A DNA stretch of 64,000 bases from NCBI GenBank assembly GCA_009914755.4, contig CP086569.2:13664001-13728000 (forward strand). Direction: 5' to 3'. Position 1 is the stretch's first letter, and the number at the start of each line of letters is the position of its first letter. Source of the stretch: the human T2T-CHM13v2.0 reference genome, Homo sapiens. This document shows positions 42,416 to 61,551 of the stretch, piece by piece. Both the position numbers and the translations under genes were made by a program. The notes under the pieces were generated by a model. That model saw nothing but the letters and a program-made list of their open reading frames with translations. It had not been told where the DNA came from and did no database searches.

Positions 42416-43142
42416 TTTGTCTAGCTTTGTTAGGTGAATAGTATTGGTCTTATAAGTTAAGAAGTACAGGTTGAGTATCCTTTATTTGAAATGCTTGGGA
42501 CTTAGAAGTGTTTTGGATTTTAGAATGTTTGCATATCTTGGTGATGAGAAACCAGTCTAAACAGGAAATTCATTTATTTTTCATCTATCTTCATGAAGGT
42601 AATTTTGTGTATTCGTTTTGTGCGTGAAACAAAGATTGCGTTAAGACTGAGGGATGGAGTTTTTCACTTGTGTCAGCCCTCAAGTTTCAGGTTAGAGAAC
42701 ACCTCTAATTTTTGTTATTAGCGATGGTCAACCTGTACTGTCTTGTTTTAAAATAAATGATTTTGGAAAAGGGAAAAATTTGTTTTAATTTGAACATTTG
42801 GTAGATTTCAACAGTTGAACACTCTGGTCCTGGTGAAACAGCTACATTGTCTGGTGTATACACCCTGGAGGTCATGGTCATACACCAGGAAGATATAAGA
42901 CATGGACACACCCAAGGTGTTCAGGAGCGGAGGTTTAATAGACAGAAGAGGAGAGAAAGAGAAGCAGCTGTCTCTATAGACAGAGGGGTCTCCAAGGGGA
43001 AAGGACTGGCTGGCAGCCGATGTGCTGGATTTTCTAGCCCAGTTTGAGGAGGCTGTGTCTGATTTACATAGGGTTCACAGATTGGTTTGATCAGCTATGA
43101 CATTTACATAGTGTGTGAGGAAGGTTGGTTGCCCCACCCTAA

Positions 43143-44760
<1,618 letters not shown>

Positions 44761-46324
44761 TCATGCCTATTTAATGACGTGTCCTTAGACAGACAAGAAG
44801 ACAGGCTTCAGAGAGCTTCTAGATAGCTGAACATGTAGTTTCCTGGAGGGTGGTGTGCACATAAAAGCAGACATCAAGAAACTTTAATGCCAAATGTAAG
44901 GTAGTTTGTTTTGTTTTGAAAGGAGTTTCTGCATTTAAGTGTGTCAAGAATTTTCACATATTAAAAATACTCCAACTGAACCTAAAAACTAGACTTTATA
45001 AACATTATAACTTAGATGTTTATACTGGAACAGGAATTAAAAGAAATTAAAGAGTGTGTAAGCAAAAACTCAGTTGTATGTAAGAAAACCCAATTTCCCC
45101 TGAGGAAGAGAAAGAGCTGGAGTACTTTAAAAAGTAACTGCCTGTTTTTCTGTGGCTAGTGAGCCTTATTTCTTCTCCTTTTCAAGGCATTGTGAAGACC
45201 CTGGTTCTCTAGCTGTGCAGCTGCAAGGTCACTAGACAGATAAACTTAAATCGCAAAACATGTTTTTCCTTGGAAAGTAAGAAATGATGTAATGCATGTC
45301 TCAGTTAATTGAAAAACTGCCTTTGTTTCTCACTTCTGTAATGCTTCCCCATGCACAGATCTCCCCCCACCCCAAGAAATGCTTAAAAGGTAACTTAACT
45401 CTTTGTTCAAGGCTCAGTCCTTTGGATGTCAATCCGACTGGGCCGGAGTACCTAAGTAATAAATATCCTCCTGAACCCCATTGGTTTCTCTGATTCCTTA
45501 CAAAATCCCGCAACAATACCTAAACGATTCCATGATTCATTAATATTGCACAAGAAGTTTTATTCTAGAGTGATAATGGTTTCTTCATGTTAACTGGGTA
45601 AGAACAAGGTATTTAAAAACAAAGGAAAATCGATATGTCAGCATGAATCCTAAGTGTATGTTTGGTTTGCGGGAATGATCTTCAGTGGAATTTTTGTCAG
45701 AAATATTTATTCTAAAAAATAAGTCTTTTGATTTAGAATTTTCTGTCTCTGAGGTATTTTGTATCTTCATAAAGACAAAGGCAGTATCTCAGTTTCTGTG
45801 TATCTATTTGAGGGAGGCTGCTTCATACCCTTTTAGACTCGGCATTCTAGGAGGAAGAAATAAGAAAAACAAACATCATTTCAGACTTTTCTGTCATCCA
45901 AAAGTAATAAAACACAATTGTGGTCTTTTATATATCACTGGCTGTAGATAAAAATTAGAGCTTCCAAGAACAGTCTAGTGCTCACCAGTATGCTTTTATA
46001 TTTGGGTGTATATGTGCATAAAATAATGACATTTGGGCAAAGAAGCTTTGTCGTTACTTATTTTAAAGTTACAGTGCTTAAAAATGCCTTGTAATATTAA
46101 ATAAGGAGCTTGGATATTTCTAGTCCTGCTTCCAAGTGTTAGCTATGGGTGAACTTGTTTCAGGCTATGAGGCTGGATTAGGGCGTCTTGTAGCTAATGA
46201 TGTATTCTGCTCAGCCCAGTACTAGTGTCATGAGCAGACAGACTGACAATCAAAACTGATAGATTTTCTTCTGCACATACTTTTAACACAGATTCTATCC
46301 CTTGTGCGAAGCCCCAGATTTTCT

Positions 46325-48298
<1,974 letters not shown>

Positions 48299-48994
48299 TT
48301 ACTCCCTGGTGGGCCAGCTCGGGCTTGGGGCCATGGTCCCATGATGCAGGGCTAGGCAGATGCCTCAGGTAAGAGCAGCTGGATCCCCAGCTCCTGGTCT
48401 CGGGTGTCATGCAGAAAGCGTCCTACCTGCTTGTTACTATTCCCTTTTGTGGTTGCTGTGACAATTACATTTAAGAAAGTTATAACACTTTTAAAGTCAC
48501 ACTAGTTTACCTTCAGTAGCATACAAAAGCCCCACTCCTTAATAGCTCAGACCCCGTCATGTCAGTTATTAAGTTCACAGAATTACACCTTGATGCATTT
48601 TATGTCCAAAAACATAAGCTGGTGATAGCCTTTTAATATAATACTGTTGTAAATCATGTAGAGAACAAATAGTGGAGTTGCACATTGTTAAAAGCTTTGA
48701 TAGCTTTCATAATTGGCCATATATTTATCTTTACCTTAATCTTTATTCAGACAGCTGTATAGTGTCCTTTCATTTCACCCTGAAGTACTCCATAAAGCAT
48801 TTCTCGAAGGGTAATCTAGTGGTAACAAACTTCTCCAGCTTTTATCTGGGAATGTCATAATTTCTCCCTCACACTGATGCAGCTTGTTTGGACATAAGAT
48901 TTCTGTTTGACAGTTTATCATTACAGCACTTGCAATATGTTAGCCCACTGCTTTCTGGCCTCTGAGGTGTCTGATAAGAAACGTGCTGGTGATT

Positions 48995-49380
<386 letters not shown>

Positions 49381-50328
49381 TTACTTGGAATTTCTTGAGC
49401 TTCTTGGTGTTTATTTATTTCCTAAAATTTGTGACATTCTTGACAACTGTTTCGTTAGATACTCTGTTTCTTTCTCTCTTCTCTTTGAACTTCCAAAATG
49501 TGTAAGTTTGTCTGCTTGATGGTGTCCCACAGGTTCCTGGGCTGTGTTCACTTTTCTTTATTATTTTTTCTTTCTCTTACTGACTTGATAATTTTAACTG
49601 CCTTTTCTTTAGGTATGCTTTTTCCCCCCTTCTGTCTGCTCAAATCTGAATAGAAAAATGAGAAAGGAAAATGCTCTGGCCCTTTTAATCCCTGGAAAGT
49701 TGCTTCAGCAGGAGGAGGAAGCTCCTGCAAAATGGTTGGGGAATGTAACAATGACTGCCCACCTTTGTCGGGACCATCTTAATCAGAAGCGGCAATCAGT
49801 GCACAAGTCCTCCTGAGATTTGGAGGACAGGGTTCTTTCTGTCCATCCTGGCTCTTGCAGGCTGCTCCAGAAGTGTTTGCAAGGCAGCATATCACAGTGG
49901 TAGTTGATGGAGCGTAGGTGGCTGCTGTTGAGCCAAGCTATGAAATTGATCAAATTTAATTGTAGTTTACTATCCAAGTCTTCTTTTGAAAGCTGTAAAC
50001 CTTGAGATAGACTGTAGGGTTCCAAAATAATTGTATCACACAATTCTGCCAACTGCACCTATTGTCTAGTTGGAGAGACAGATTCATGGTGCTCTGTAGT
50101 TCATTGTTGCCCTCTTCCCAGAACCCTGTATCCTCTTCCTTCTAACCTCTGTGTCTTTACACCTAAAGTGAGACTTGCATAAATTTCATATAGGTGAATC
50201 CATTTTTTAAAAATGCATTTTGCCAGTCTGTGCCTTTTCACACAGAGCATACATTTCAAGTTATTACAAGCAAGTAATGGTTTACTCCGACATTTACCTA
50301 CTTATTTTCTGCCTGTTCTCTATATTAT

Positions 50329-50415
50329 TTGATCCTCATTATATACTTGATCCTCACTATATATTTGATCCTCACTATATATTTGATCCTCACTATATTA
50401 TTACTTGATGCTCAT
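50329..50415. repeat. Minisatellite with an 18-bp unit, ~4.5 copies
   Basis: tgatcctcattatatact / tgatcctcactatatatt / tgatcctcactatatatt / tgatcctcactatattattact / tgatgctcatttt. Confidence 0.9.
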
Positions 50416-51612
50416 TTTAAAAATTTGTTTTTTAAAAAAAAATGTGCTTATTCCCTTTTCTGTATATTTTATATTTTTTATTAATTATATTTGGGACTTC
50501 AGTTAATATTCTAAACTTAAAATAGCCTACTTTGAGTAATACTAACTTGTTTGAATAATATGAAGTTTAGTTTCAACAGTATATAAATATGCTGCTTTTG
50601 TACTTTTCCATCCTTCCTAATCTATGTTATTGTCTCAGATTATATCTGTACACAGTGTCCATTAAAATGGATTTGTAATTGTTTTATGTAATAGCTGCCT
50701 ACCAGAAGTACAATAGTAATAGTTACTTTTCCCAGTTGTTATAATAGTAATAGCAGCTTTCTTTACAATGTTAATTCTTCCTGTGGCTTAAAATTACTGT
50801 CCAATGTCCTTTCATTTTAACTTGATGGCTTCCTTCTAGCAATCCTTGTAGAGCAGGGGTAGTAACGCATTCCGTTAGCTTTTCTGTATCTAGGCATTTT
50901 TGCTTGAAGTATTTTTGCTTGAAGTATCATTTTGCCAGATTCAGATTTCGTGTTTGATAGCTTTTTTCTATTAACATTTTGTTATCGCTTTCTGGCTTCT
51001 GTATTTTCCATGCTTTCTGAGCTGTTTGTTGTTAATCAGTACACCCTTCTACATAACAAATGGCTTCCATTCTGAGGTGTCTGTTGTCAGTCAAGACTCC
51101 CTTCTGCATGACAAATTGCTTCTCCCTTTCTGTTTTTACAGTTGTCTTGGTTCTTGACTGACTATAATTTTCTTGGTGTGGCTGGCTGTTTTTGACTATG
51201 TTCTTGTTGGAGATTTTTACCCTTCTTGAGTTTGGACATTCAGATATTTCATCAAGTTTGGGAATTTTCAGCTATTTATGTCTTCAGATATTCTTTCTGC
51301 CTCTTCTCCTTCTGCACTTATGGGACACCCATATTGCATGCATTGGTCTGCTTCATGGCGTTCTGTGTACTTGTTAGGTTTTTCCCACTTTTTCAAATTC
51401 TTCTTTTTTTCTGTTCTCACACTGGGTTATTTCAATTTTCATTTCTTCAGACTTAATCTTTACCTGCTGTTATATACTCCTTTAATGAACTGTTCATTTG
51501 CATCATTGTGCTTTTTTATCTCTAGATATTCCATATTTTCTTCTATAATTTGTCTCATTGATACTCTCGTGTTCTTTTATCATTTGTCTGCTGTTTTTTT
51601 CTTTAGGCTTAA

Positions 51613-51615
<3 letters not shown>

Positions 51616-51661
<46 letters not shown>

Positions 51662-51940
51662 AGACAGAGTCTCTCTCTGTCACCCAGGCTGGAGTGCAAG
51701 GGCGCGGTCTCTGCTCACTGCAAGCTATTCCTCCCGTGTTCAAGCGATTCTCCTGCCTCAGCCTCTTGAGTAGGTGGGATTACAGGCATACACCACCACG
51801 CCTTGCTAATTTTTGTATTTTTTGTAGAGACGGGGTTTCACTGTGTTACCCAGGATGGTCTCGATCTCCTGACCTCGTGATCCACCTGCTTCGGCCTACC
51901 AAACTGCTGGGATTATAGGCATGAGCCACCATGCCCAGCC
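51616..51940 (-). mobile_element. Alu with an unusually long (~46 nt) poly-T tail
   Basis: t(46) at 51616-51660, then gagacagagtctctctctgtcacccaggctggagtgcaagggcgcgg… through …gattataggcatgagccaccatgcccagcc. Confidence 0.9.
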
Positions 51941-53735
51941 AAAACTTTGGTTTTTTTATAGTCTTTGTGTATAAAGTTCAGGACATTTTCAGTTTCTGTT
52001 TTTCACTTCACATTGGTCATATTTTCCTGTTTGTTTTTGTGTGTTTTGTTGTTTTTTTGTAGAAAACTATATTTGAAATGTTGCAGTGTGTTAACTCTGG
52101 AAGTCTTCATTTCTCCAAGGTGTCCTCTTAGTTATTGAAGGCTTAGCTTGCATTGCAACAGTGTTTTAATTGAGTGTAATATAAAAACTATCAGTTTTTA
52201 CAACTGGATCTGTATTAACACACCCCTTTAATACTTAGGGAGACTGTTTACAATTCTGCCTCAGCCTTCAGTTTTTTCTCACATTGAAGCTATAGTTAAG
52301 CCTGAGGGCTAACACTTAGAGTTTTACATGTTTTTTGAGAATGTTTCCTGTCATGAGCATGTGCATGATTTTCTAAATTCTTTAGTATATTTAACTGCTT
52401 TCAAATATTCTGATTTCTCCAAAAGAAAGATCTCTCCAGCTTTTGCCCTCTTTTTCAGGTTGTCTGTTTTATGGGTTAATCATATACTTTGCTCCCAGCA
52501 ACTTAAATATTTGTGACTAATGCCTGGCATTTTCAACCATGAGTGAGTTCTGAGTTAGGCAAAACAGAGATATGTGTGTTTCACCAATTCTTTATGTAAC
52601 TCCTAGACAGACTAGAAATAAAACACAATAAATTAGCACCTAAGGTCTTCTTTACTCCTTCTAGAATCAGGGGTCAGGGCCTCACATTGAGAATGTGGAT
52701 TGCATTTTCGAAGGCTTCAGCTGTGCCTGGGAGGTGGTATGGTAACACCACAAGACTTTCCTACCATTTTAAAAATTATCTCTCTTGGCTCAGTGTTTGC
52801 TTGGTTGATATAAATTGTTGATTTCCAGGGTCCTGTCAGTTTTGGGTTGATGTGCTGTTTCTTTGGAGGGTTTGAAAGTGTCTGTCCTGTAGCTTTGCTT
52901 TCAGTTTAATTTATGAAGCACTGATTGTTTTCCGATCTCAGAGTTCATTTTTATTTAGGAGATTTACACTTTTGTGCCTTAAAAATTTTCCTTAAAATAA
53001 TTAAGTAGTATATTAACCTCCTAATTTGGGTTCCTAGATGTTAGGTTTTTGTTTTAGTGGATATGGTATGAAACTTTTTCTTTGCTTTGTTTTTAAGTAA
53101 GATTATCGATTCCATATAAAATGCATGAGGCAGGATTTGTTTGTTATAAAGTACAGTTTGGTTTTATATAGGAGAGTCACAAAATACTTCGTTGCCAGGG
53201 TGACTTTCAAGTAAATGTCTAAATGAACAAACAAGGGAATAATCATGTAAGTATGCAGCAGGATCAACAAGTATGAAGATCCCTGGCATAAGCCTACTTA
53301 GCTTGTTAGAAAAATAGCAAGGTCGGTGTGGCTGAGGCAGGATGAAAAAGGAGAACAATTATAGATGAAGAGCTCGTAGAGATAACGGACAGTCCATGTG
53401 ATAGCTTTATATAGGTCATGTTTTATATAGGTCAATAGATATTACTTTAGATTTTACTCTAAGCCTGGTTCATAACTGGAAGTGGGATTGGTAAGGTTGT
53501 TACTGGCATCTAGTGGTGAGAGGCTGGAAGTCTGCTAAATATCCTTAAATCTAGAGTCTCAGACACCTTTAGGAATTTAACACAGTTGGACTGTCTCTCC
53601 AGAAAATTGTGAAGAAAAGGCATACATGTGGAATTCTTTGATACTATAGTTTGAAGATTTCTGAGCCCAACCTGTGGGTTTCATAAATAGGAGGGACTTT
53701 TATAAGCCCTTGAAAAGTTCAGTTGATTAAAGTTT

Positions 53736-53812
53736 GAGTGGGGTGGAGGAGAGAGAGAGAGAGGGGAGAGAGAAGAGAAGACAGAAGAGAGAGAGAAAAA
53801 GAGATTCTGGGT
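53736..53812. repeat. (GA)n-rich purine tract
   Basis: gagtggggtggaggagagagagagagaggggagagagaagagaagacagaagagagagagaaaaagag. Confidence 0.9.
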
Positions 53813-54457
53813 TTGTCTTCCAAAATTAATGACTCAGTAAGTATGGAATGGAATCTGAGGATCTGTATGTCTTCGAGGTTCTCAAATGATGTTAATGCTG
53901 TTGGTCTGATAATCACGTTTGAGAATCATTGATACAATCAGACATATCTTTAGCCATGTTGCATTTCCATGAGTTGCTTGCTCCAATGCACGGTTCATTG
54001 AAAGTGATTCTGGGGAGGCTAAAAAAGATATACAGAAGCTTAATTCATAGCACCTTTGTATAGTATCTAGAGGGTGTTTCCAGGCATTTCCGAGAGAGGT
54101 TGTTAAAAATATGTCCTGCAAAATAAGAGGCTTATATTTTATTGATTGATGCTTACCTTTGACATGATCCACCCCGACCCCTGATTCACAGTAAATATTA
54201 GAAGATCTAAGAAATCATACATTAACAAACTTGAACAATAAATAGTAAGTAGTAATATTCCTAGCCTACTAGGTAACAATTTGAGGATTAGCTCCCTGAC
54301 AAGTATTTTAAACTCATTCATTCTGTGTTGCTAGCCAAATGCTAAAATGGGGGTTACCTTGTATTTTACTATTGATGTATATACCTCCTATTAAAGATAG
54401 ATCAGTGTTGGAATTATTTTGTTGTTGTTCATAAGATACATTTTGTTTTTATTTCAG

Positions 54458-54566
54458 AACTGTTCGTCAGTTGGCACAGGAGCAGTTCTTTTTAATGTGC
54501 ACCAGATGTTGCATGGGACACAGGCCTCTGCTTTTCTTCATTACTTTACTCTTTACCATACTGGGG
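54458..54566 (+). CDS. USP9Y: USP9Y coding exon (K)[36 protein letters not shown]
   Basis: Acceptor ttatttcag|A. Donor ctgggg|gtgaga. 109 nt. Matches USP9 …HCxSKTVRQ(V/L)[28 protein letters not shown]…. Confidence 0.8.
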
Positions 54567-54950
54567 GTGAGAAGTTTTCAAATGAACTTATCAATATAAT
54601 GCATTCTTAACATGAGAGACATTCAGAAAGTTACTACGATAGCTTTTATTGTATTTAGAACAGGCATAATTAATAAATGCAGTATTATAATTTTTTACTA
54701 TTTGTAGATTGGCTTTTTGTTTTTTTACAGTTCTTGGGAAAAATACACTACGTCTTGGAAAAATATATAGTAGGTCTATAGATGTACTATATATTTATTT
54801 TATGTATATAGTACGTCTGTAGGAAAAATATAGTACATCTTTGTCATTGATATGAAATATTGCCAATTTTAATTTTTCTGGGTTTAAAAAAATTATATGG
54901 ACTCTGAGTGTAGACTTGTGAATTCATGTTGTTTTAATTTAATATTTCAG

Positions 54951-55097
54951 AGCACAGCAAGAGAGAAGGGTAAATATTCAGGTGATTATTTCACACTTTT
55001 ACGGCACCTTCTCAATTATGCTTACAATGGCAATATTAACATACCCAATGCTGAAGTTCTTCTTGTCAGTGAAATTGATTGGCTCAAAAGGATTAGG
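54951..55097 (+). CDS. USP9Y: USP9Y coding exon [49 protein letters not shown]
   Basis: Acceptor atatttcag|AGC. Donor attagg|gtaagt. 147 nt. Confidence 0.85.
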
Positions 55098-55883
55098 GTA
55101 AGTTGAATAGTATTTAGTTTATTATGTCATGACCAAATCAGCTGTCTTATTAAAAGGAGGTTTGTAGTCTTTTATTTAGTCTCTATTTTTATTTGACAAC
55201 TTAGGAGAATAAATTCTCAAAATGCCTCTGAGAATAAATACAAACAAAATGTGTACTTTTCACTAGTGAATTGGTAACTTAGATTCATAGAAACAAACAT
55301 AGCTAGTTTTGTTCAATGTGTTTTACTTTTCTTGAAACTTGGAATGCTGATAATTCTGTTTCTTTCACTTTGGTGCTTCTTGGCCTTTTTTGGGGAAATT
55401 ATCACATTTGAAGACTTTTTAAAAAATCGAATTTGAGAGATTCGTATTTACATTGAACCATCTGATATCTTACTTCACAAAGTTCTATGAGAGTATATTT
55501 CTAAAGTGTATGGCTTTGGGCTTCAGGTTAGCTGCTTCTAGTAGATTATAAAGCTTACTTACGGAGCACGGTTTTTGAACCCTGGTATTGACGTTGTGTA
55601 CCCAGATAATTCCTTTTGGGGAGGAGCTTTGCTGTGCATTGTAGGATGTTAAGCAGCATTTCGGGCCTCTTCCACTCAGTGCTGTAGTAACCTCCTTTCC
55701 TCGTGGTTGTAAATCCCAAATATGTTTGTGTAAGCAAAATTGCTTGCATTTACTGTTCTAGAGAGTTCTCAAAAAGAAATAGGAAACCACTTGAACAGTT
55801 TGGGGAAGTTGTATAGAAGATCTCATTTCCTTCCAGCTCTCTGTTCTCCTAACTCCTTGTCCTTTTCTATCTCCATGTTGTGA

Positions 55884-56385
<502 letters not shown>

Positions 56386-57108
56386 TCTTTAAGGTAAGTT
56401 CTGAATTTTGTTACTGAACTTCTTATCATGACCTCATAAATGTTAGCAAATCTGTCTGATTGACCTCTGTATAATGTCTTTGAGACATAATCTTGATATT
56501 TTTTCTTTTTTCTTGTCCCACTTCTCTTTTAAAAAGGATCTCTGAAGAGGTTACAGTAACTTTAAAACGTGTGCCTCACTTTAAGAGATTTTGTAAAGTA
56601 ATTACAAATCAGAGTTACAATAAAGTGGTATGAAAAGTCAGTAAGCAGCATTGAGGTGATTTTCATGTTGAATAAATCTCAATTTTTCTTGACTAGATTT
56701 CTAAATGAGAGAAATTTCTGTCTTGCAAAACTTCATTTTTTATACACTATTTCTTGGTGAGCTTCTTTATATGTCATGCAATTCAAGAAAAAGAATATAA
56801 CTTTGATGCATTCTGTTCCTGTTTGAAATGAATTTGTTTCTGTTTATATCTGATTAAAGAAATAAATTTATTTAGAATGTCACTTTTCTTTGGTATAAAA
56901 TTGTTTAAATCACTTCAAAAAATCTAATCTGGAAAACTGATTACATTTATTAATTGTACTCGGGTTTTTTTGTGGGGTTTTGTTTTGAGATATAATGAGA
57001 TATTTAATTATGTCAGATAATTACTAAAGTATTCCCTTTGAAGAAACATATTGTTCCTAACCTATATTTTCTACTAATAACATGTAATGTCTTTTTCTAA
57101 CTTACTAG

Positions 57109-57331
57109 GAATTAATTGATGATTTCATCTTTCCCGCATCCAAAGTTTACCTGCAGTATTTAAGAAGTGGAGAACTACCAGCTGAGCAGGCTATTCCAGT
57201 CTGTAGTTCACCCGTTACCATCAATGCCGGTTTTGAGCTACTTGTAGCATTAGCTATTGGCTGTGTGAGGAATCTCAAACAGATAGTAGACTGTTTGACT
57301 GAAATGTATTACATGGGCACAGCAATTACTA
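57109..57331 (+). CDS. USP9Y: USP9Y coding exon [74 protein letters not shown]
   Basis: Acceptor cttactag|GAA. Donor ttacta|gtgagt. 223 nt, ends in phase 1. Confidence 0.85.
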
Positions 57332-58102
57332 GTGAGTATTTTAAATTATAAAGCTGTTTTGTTCATTAATAATACTTCACTGTAAAATTTTATTTGGTGT
57401 TTTAGAAAAAATTAACTTGTGATGGACTTTTTTTGATCCAATGAGTTTAACATTTTTTAGCTGTCAGTTATACAATTAAAACCACTTTAGTCAGAGAACA
57501 TTAATTCAGAAAAATTTTTAGCTGTGTCTTTTAAATGCTCCTTATAGTTTGTTTAGATGAGTTTTATTTAATCATATGTGAAATAAAACCAAAACTTCAG
57601 AGTAACAGGAAGGCAAATTTAATGCCATAAAAAGTTTATATTTAAAATGTATGTATTGAAAAGATTTTCATAATCCTAACACTGAAGTTGCTTAATGTTA
57701 TTTTAGTTGAATTCTAAGGAAGGTATGGTTTTAAAGATCACAGTGTGAGAAGAGAATATTTGAGTGTATTTTACTAAGTTCTAAATGCCTACATCAGTCC
57801 CACAAAGTGAGTACCTATGTTCAGATCTTACATAGAACTGAAACTCAGAGTGGGAGGTGGTATAAGTAAAATAACAGATAATAATATAAAATTTAGTTCA
57901 TTTCAAGGAAAAACCCAAGGCTTAAAAATATAATTAATAACAGCATTCATTATAAATCTTTAATAAATATGAATTTATCTTTGCTTATGTCTTTCTCTGG
58001 GTGAGGACGTTTTCAATCACATTGTAGGAGTTTCTAGCTAAACTCCCTGCTTAGAAGGTCAGATGTTTTTTTGTCGCTTTGAATCTGCATAGAGAGAAGA
58101 GT

Positions 58103-58402
<300 letters not shown>

Positions 58403-58488
58403 GAGTCACTCTTTTTTAAAAAGTTTCTTTTTTAAAAACGCTTCTTTTGTTAATTTATTTAGCTAATGTATTTATGTGGTAAGTGTAG

Positions 58489-58904
<416 letters not shown>

Positions 58905-59395
58905 TTAACAGTTATTAACTTCCTACAGGTTTTATGTTTCCAGTCCAGAGATTATCTCTGTCTATGCATTTATATGTATGTATAGCTATTCGTTTTGTAC
59001 AAATGAGAATGTACAAAATACAATATTGTTAATTTTGTTTTGTACTTTGTGACACACCTGTCAGCACATGAAGGTCTGTATAATTCTGTTTTTTAGCTAC
59101 ATAACTTGCAGTTCAATGTGCTCCAGTTTATGTAATTCATCTCTGATGGTGATTGATGTTTAAGTTGTTTTGGTTTTATGCAAGTAAGAGAGGGATTTAT
59201 AGTTCTCACAGTGATTTGAAATACACCATCCCATTGACTTTATCTCACAATAAAACTGGATATTGGTAAAGCAATTATCACTATTTACTAAGGAAGGAAA
59301 CAGATATTTACGTGAAGGTTATACTTTTTTAAGAATCAGAACCACGACTTGACAAAGTCAAGTTTGTAATGTATACATACTTTCATTATAAATAA

Positions 59396-59803
<408 letters not shown>

Positions 59804-59885
59804 TAGAAGTTTTTAATTAGTAAAATAATAATGGTTAACACTAAGCCTGTGTTTAACACATGGAAATTTAATGCTATACCATCTT

Positions 59886-60154
59886 GTTTTTTTGAGACAG
59901 AGTCTGTCTCTGTCGCCCAGGCTGGAGTCACTGCAACCTTTGTCTCATGGGTTCAAGCGATTCTCCTGACTCAGCCTCCCAAGTAGCTGGAATGACAGGC
60001 ACATGCCACCGTGTTCAGCTAACTTTTGTATTTTCACTAGAGACAGGGTTTCACCATGTTGGTCAGGCTGGTCTTGAACTCCTGAACTCAGGTGATCTGC
60101 CTGCCTTGGCTTCCCAAACTGCTGGGATGACAGGCATGAGGCACGGCACTGGCC
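59886..60154 (-). mobile_element. Alu with an internal deletion
   Basis: tttttttgagacagagtctgtctctgtcgcccaggctggagtcactgcaacc… lacks gcagtgg…ggctc. Ends at caggcatgaggcacggcactggcc. Confidence 0.8.
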
Positions 60155-60402
60155 AATATTACATCATCTTATATGACTCTTAAAACTGTTACAGAAGCAG
60201 TATCATTAAAAACATCAACTTAACAAGGTCTGTAGTTAAAATCTGTATGGTGGCTTATGTTGTTGGTGTCAAAATTTAAAGTACTGTTTCAAAGTGGCTG
60301 TGGTGGTGAAGGAGGTGTTGCTATTATTAATTTGTTAGCCTGAAAATGGTGAACAGAATCACTGTTTTCATAGTATAAGCATCTTTTCTCTTTTCAACTC
60401 AG

Positions 60403-60623
60403 CTTGTGAAGCACTTACTGAGTGGGAATATCTGCCCCCTGTTGGACCCCGCCCACCAAAAGGATTTGTGGGACTCAAAAATGCTGGTGCTACGTGTTAC
60501 ATGAACTCTGTGATCCAGCAGCTATACATGATTCCTTCTATCAGGAACAGTATTCTTGCAATTGAAGGCACAGGTAGTGATTTACACGATGATATGTTCG
60601 GGGATGAGAAGCAGGACAGTGAG
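60403..60623 (+). CDS. USP9Y: USP9Y coding exon with the catalytic Cys box: (T)[73 protein letters not shown]
   Basis: Acceptor ttcaactcag|CT. Donor agtgag|gtaaat. 221 nt. Contains the UCH/USP Cys-box motif [14 protein letters not shown]. Differs from USP9X at NSIL / DLHDDMF / QDSE. Confidence 0.9.
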
Positions 60624-61256
60624 GTAAATTTTAATACTGTTTTCTTTGAAGAGTCTGATAGCAGATGCTGTTGTTCTCCCTCAGATTACTATACTTTCAT
60701 GGGATGTTATGGGGACTACATTTTGATGATACAGACAGAATCTCTGAGATACTATGTCTGGCATACTTGTAGTACTCACTATGTAATAGACTTAAAACTC
60801 CAGTTGATAATTAAACACTGTTTTTTTGTTTGTCTCCAAAGCACAGTTAATATAATCGCATTTTGTGTGACATGGTAAATGTAATTTGGTATTTGAAAAA
60901 TGATGAATCTATTTATTTTTAATAATTACATTTTCATTGCCTTGTTTTTTAAAATCTGTTATTTCATTTCTTTCACTTTTTATATTGTCTGTGTTTCATA
61001 AGCTGTACTTATTTTTAGGATTCTCTATTTTTCTCAAATTAGAGCTCTTTCTGCTAAGGAAACAAATTTGTTTCTCAGCTAATGCTTCACGGACCTGTTA
61101 ACAATATTAGTTAACAGTTGCAGTCAGGCTGCCTATGAAATGTATCCAGTTGAAAATAAAGCAGTAAAAAAGTTAGGTTTTAGTGGCAGATCACATATTT
61201 AAGATGCAGGTCTTAAATACATGTATATGGAAAATTTGAAGTTTTGGTCATATTTT

Positions 61257-61551
61257 GGCTGGGCATGTGGCTCACGCCTATAATCCCAGCACTTTGGGAG
61301 GTCAAGGCGGGCAGATCACCTGAGGTGGGGAGTTTGAGACCACCCTGACCAACATAGCGAAACCCCGATTTTACTAAAAACACAAAAATTAGCCAGGCGT
61401 GGTGGCACATGCCTGTAATCCCAGCTACTCAGGAGGCTGAGGCCAGAGAATCACTTGAACTCAGGAGGCAGAAGTTGCAGTGAGCTGAGATTGTGCCACT
61501 GTACTGCAGCCTGGGTGACAGAGTGAGACTCCATCTGAAAAGAAAAAAAAA
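61257..61551 (+). mobile_element. Alu
   Basis: ggctgggcatgtggctcacgcctataatcccagcactttgggaggtcaaggcgggcag… plus an A-rich tail. TSD tt(t/c)ggtcat. Confidence 0.9.

Noticed and set aside
42189-42441. Three overlapping + ORFs rich in Pro/Ser/Leu/Phe
   Set aside because: They are translations of the CTTCC/CCTT polypyrimidine low-complexity tract in all three frames.
51278-51769. 163-aa + ORF
   Set aside because: Low-complexity intronic sequence running through a 46-nt poly-T (poly-Phe) into an Alu. No homology and no splice context.
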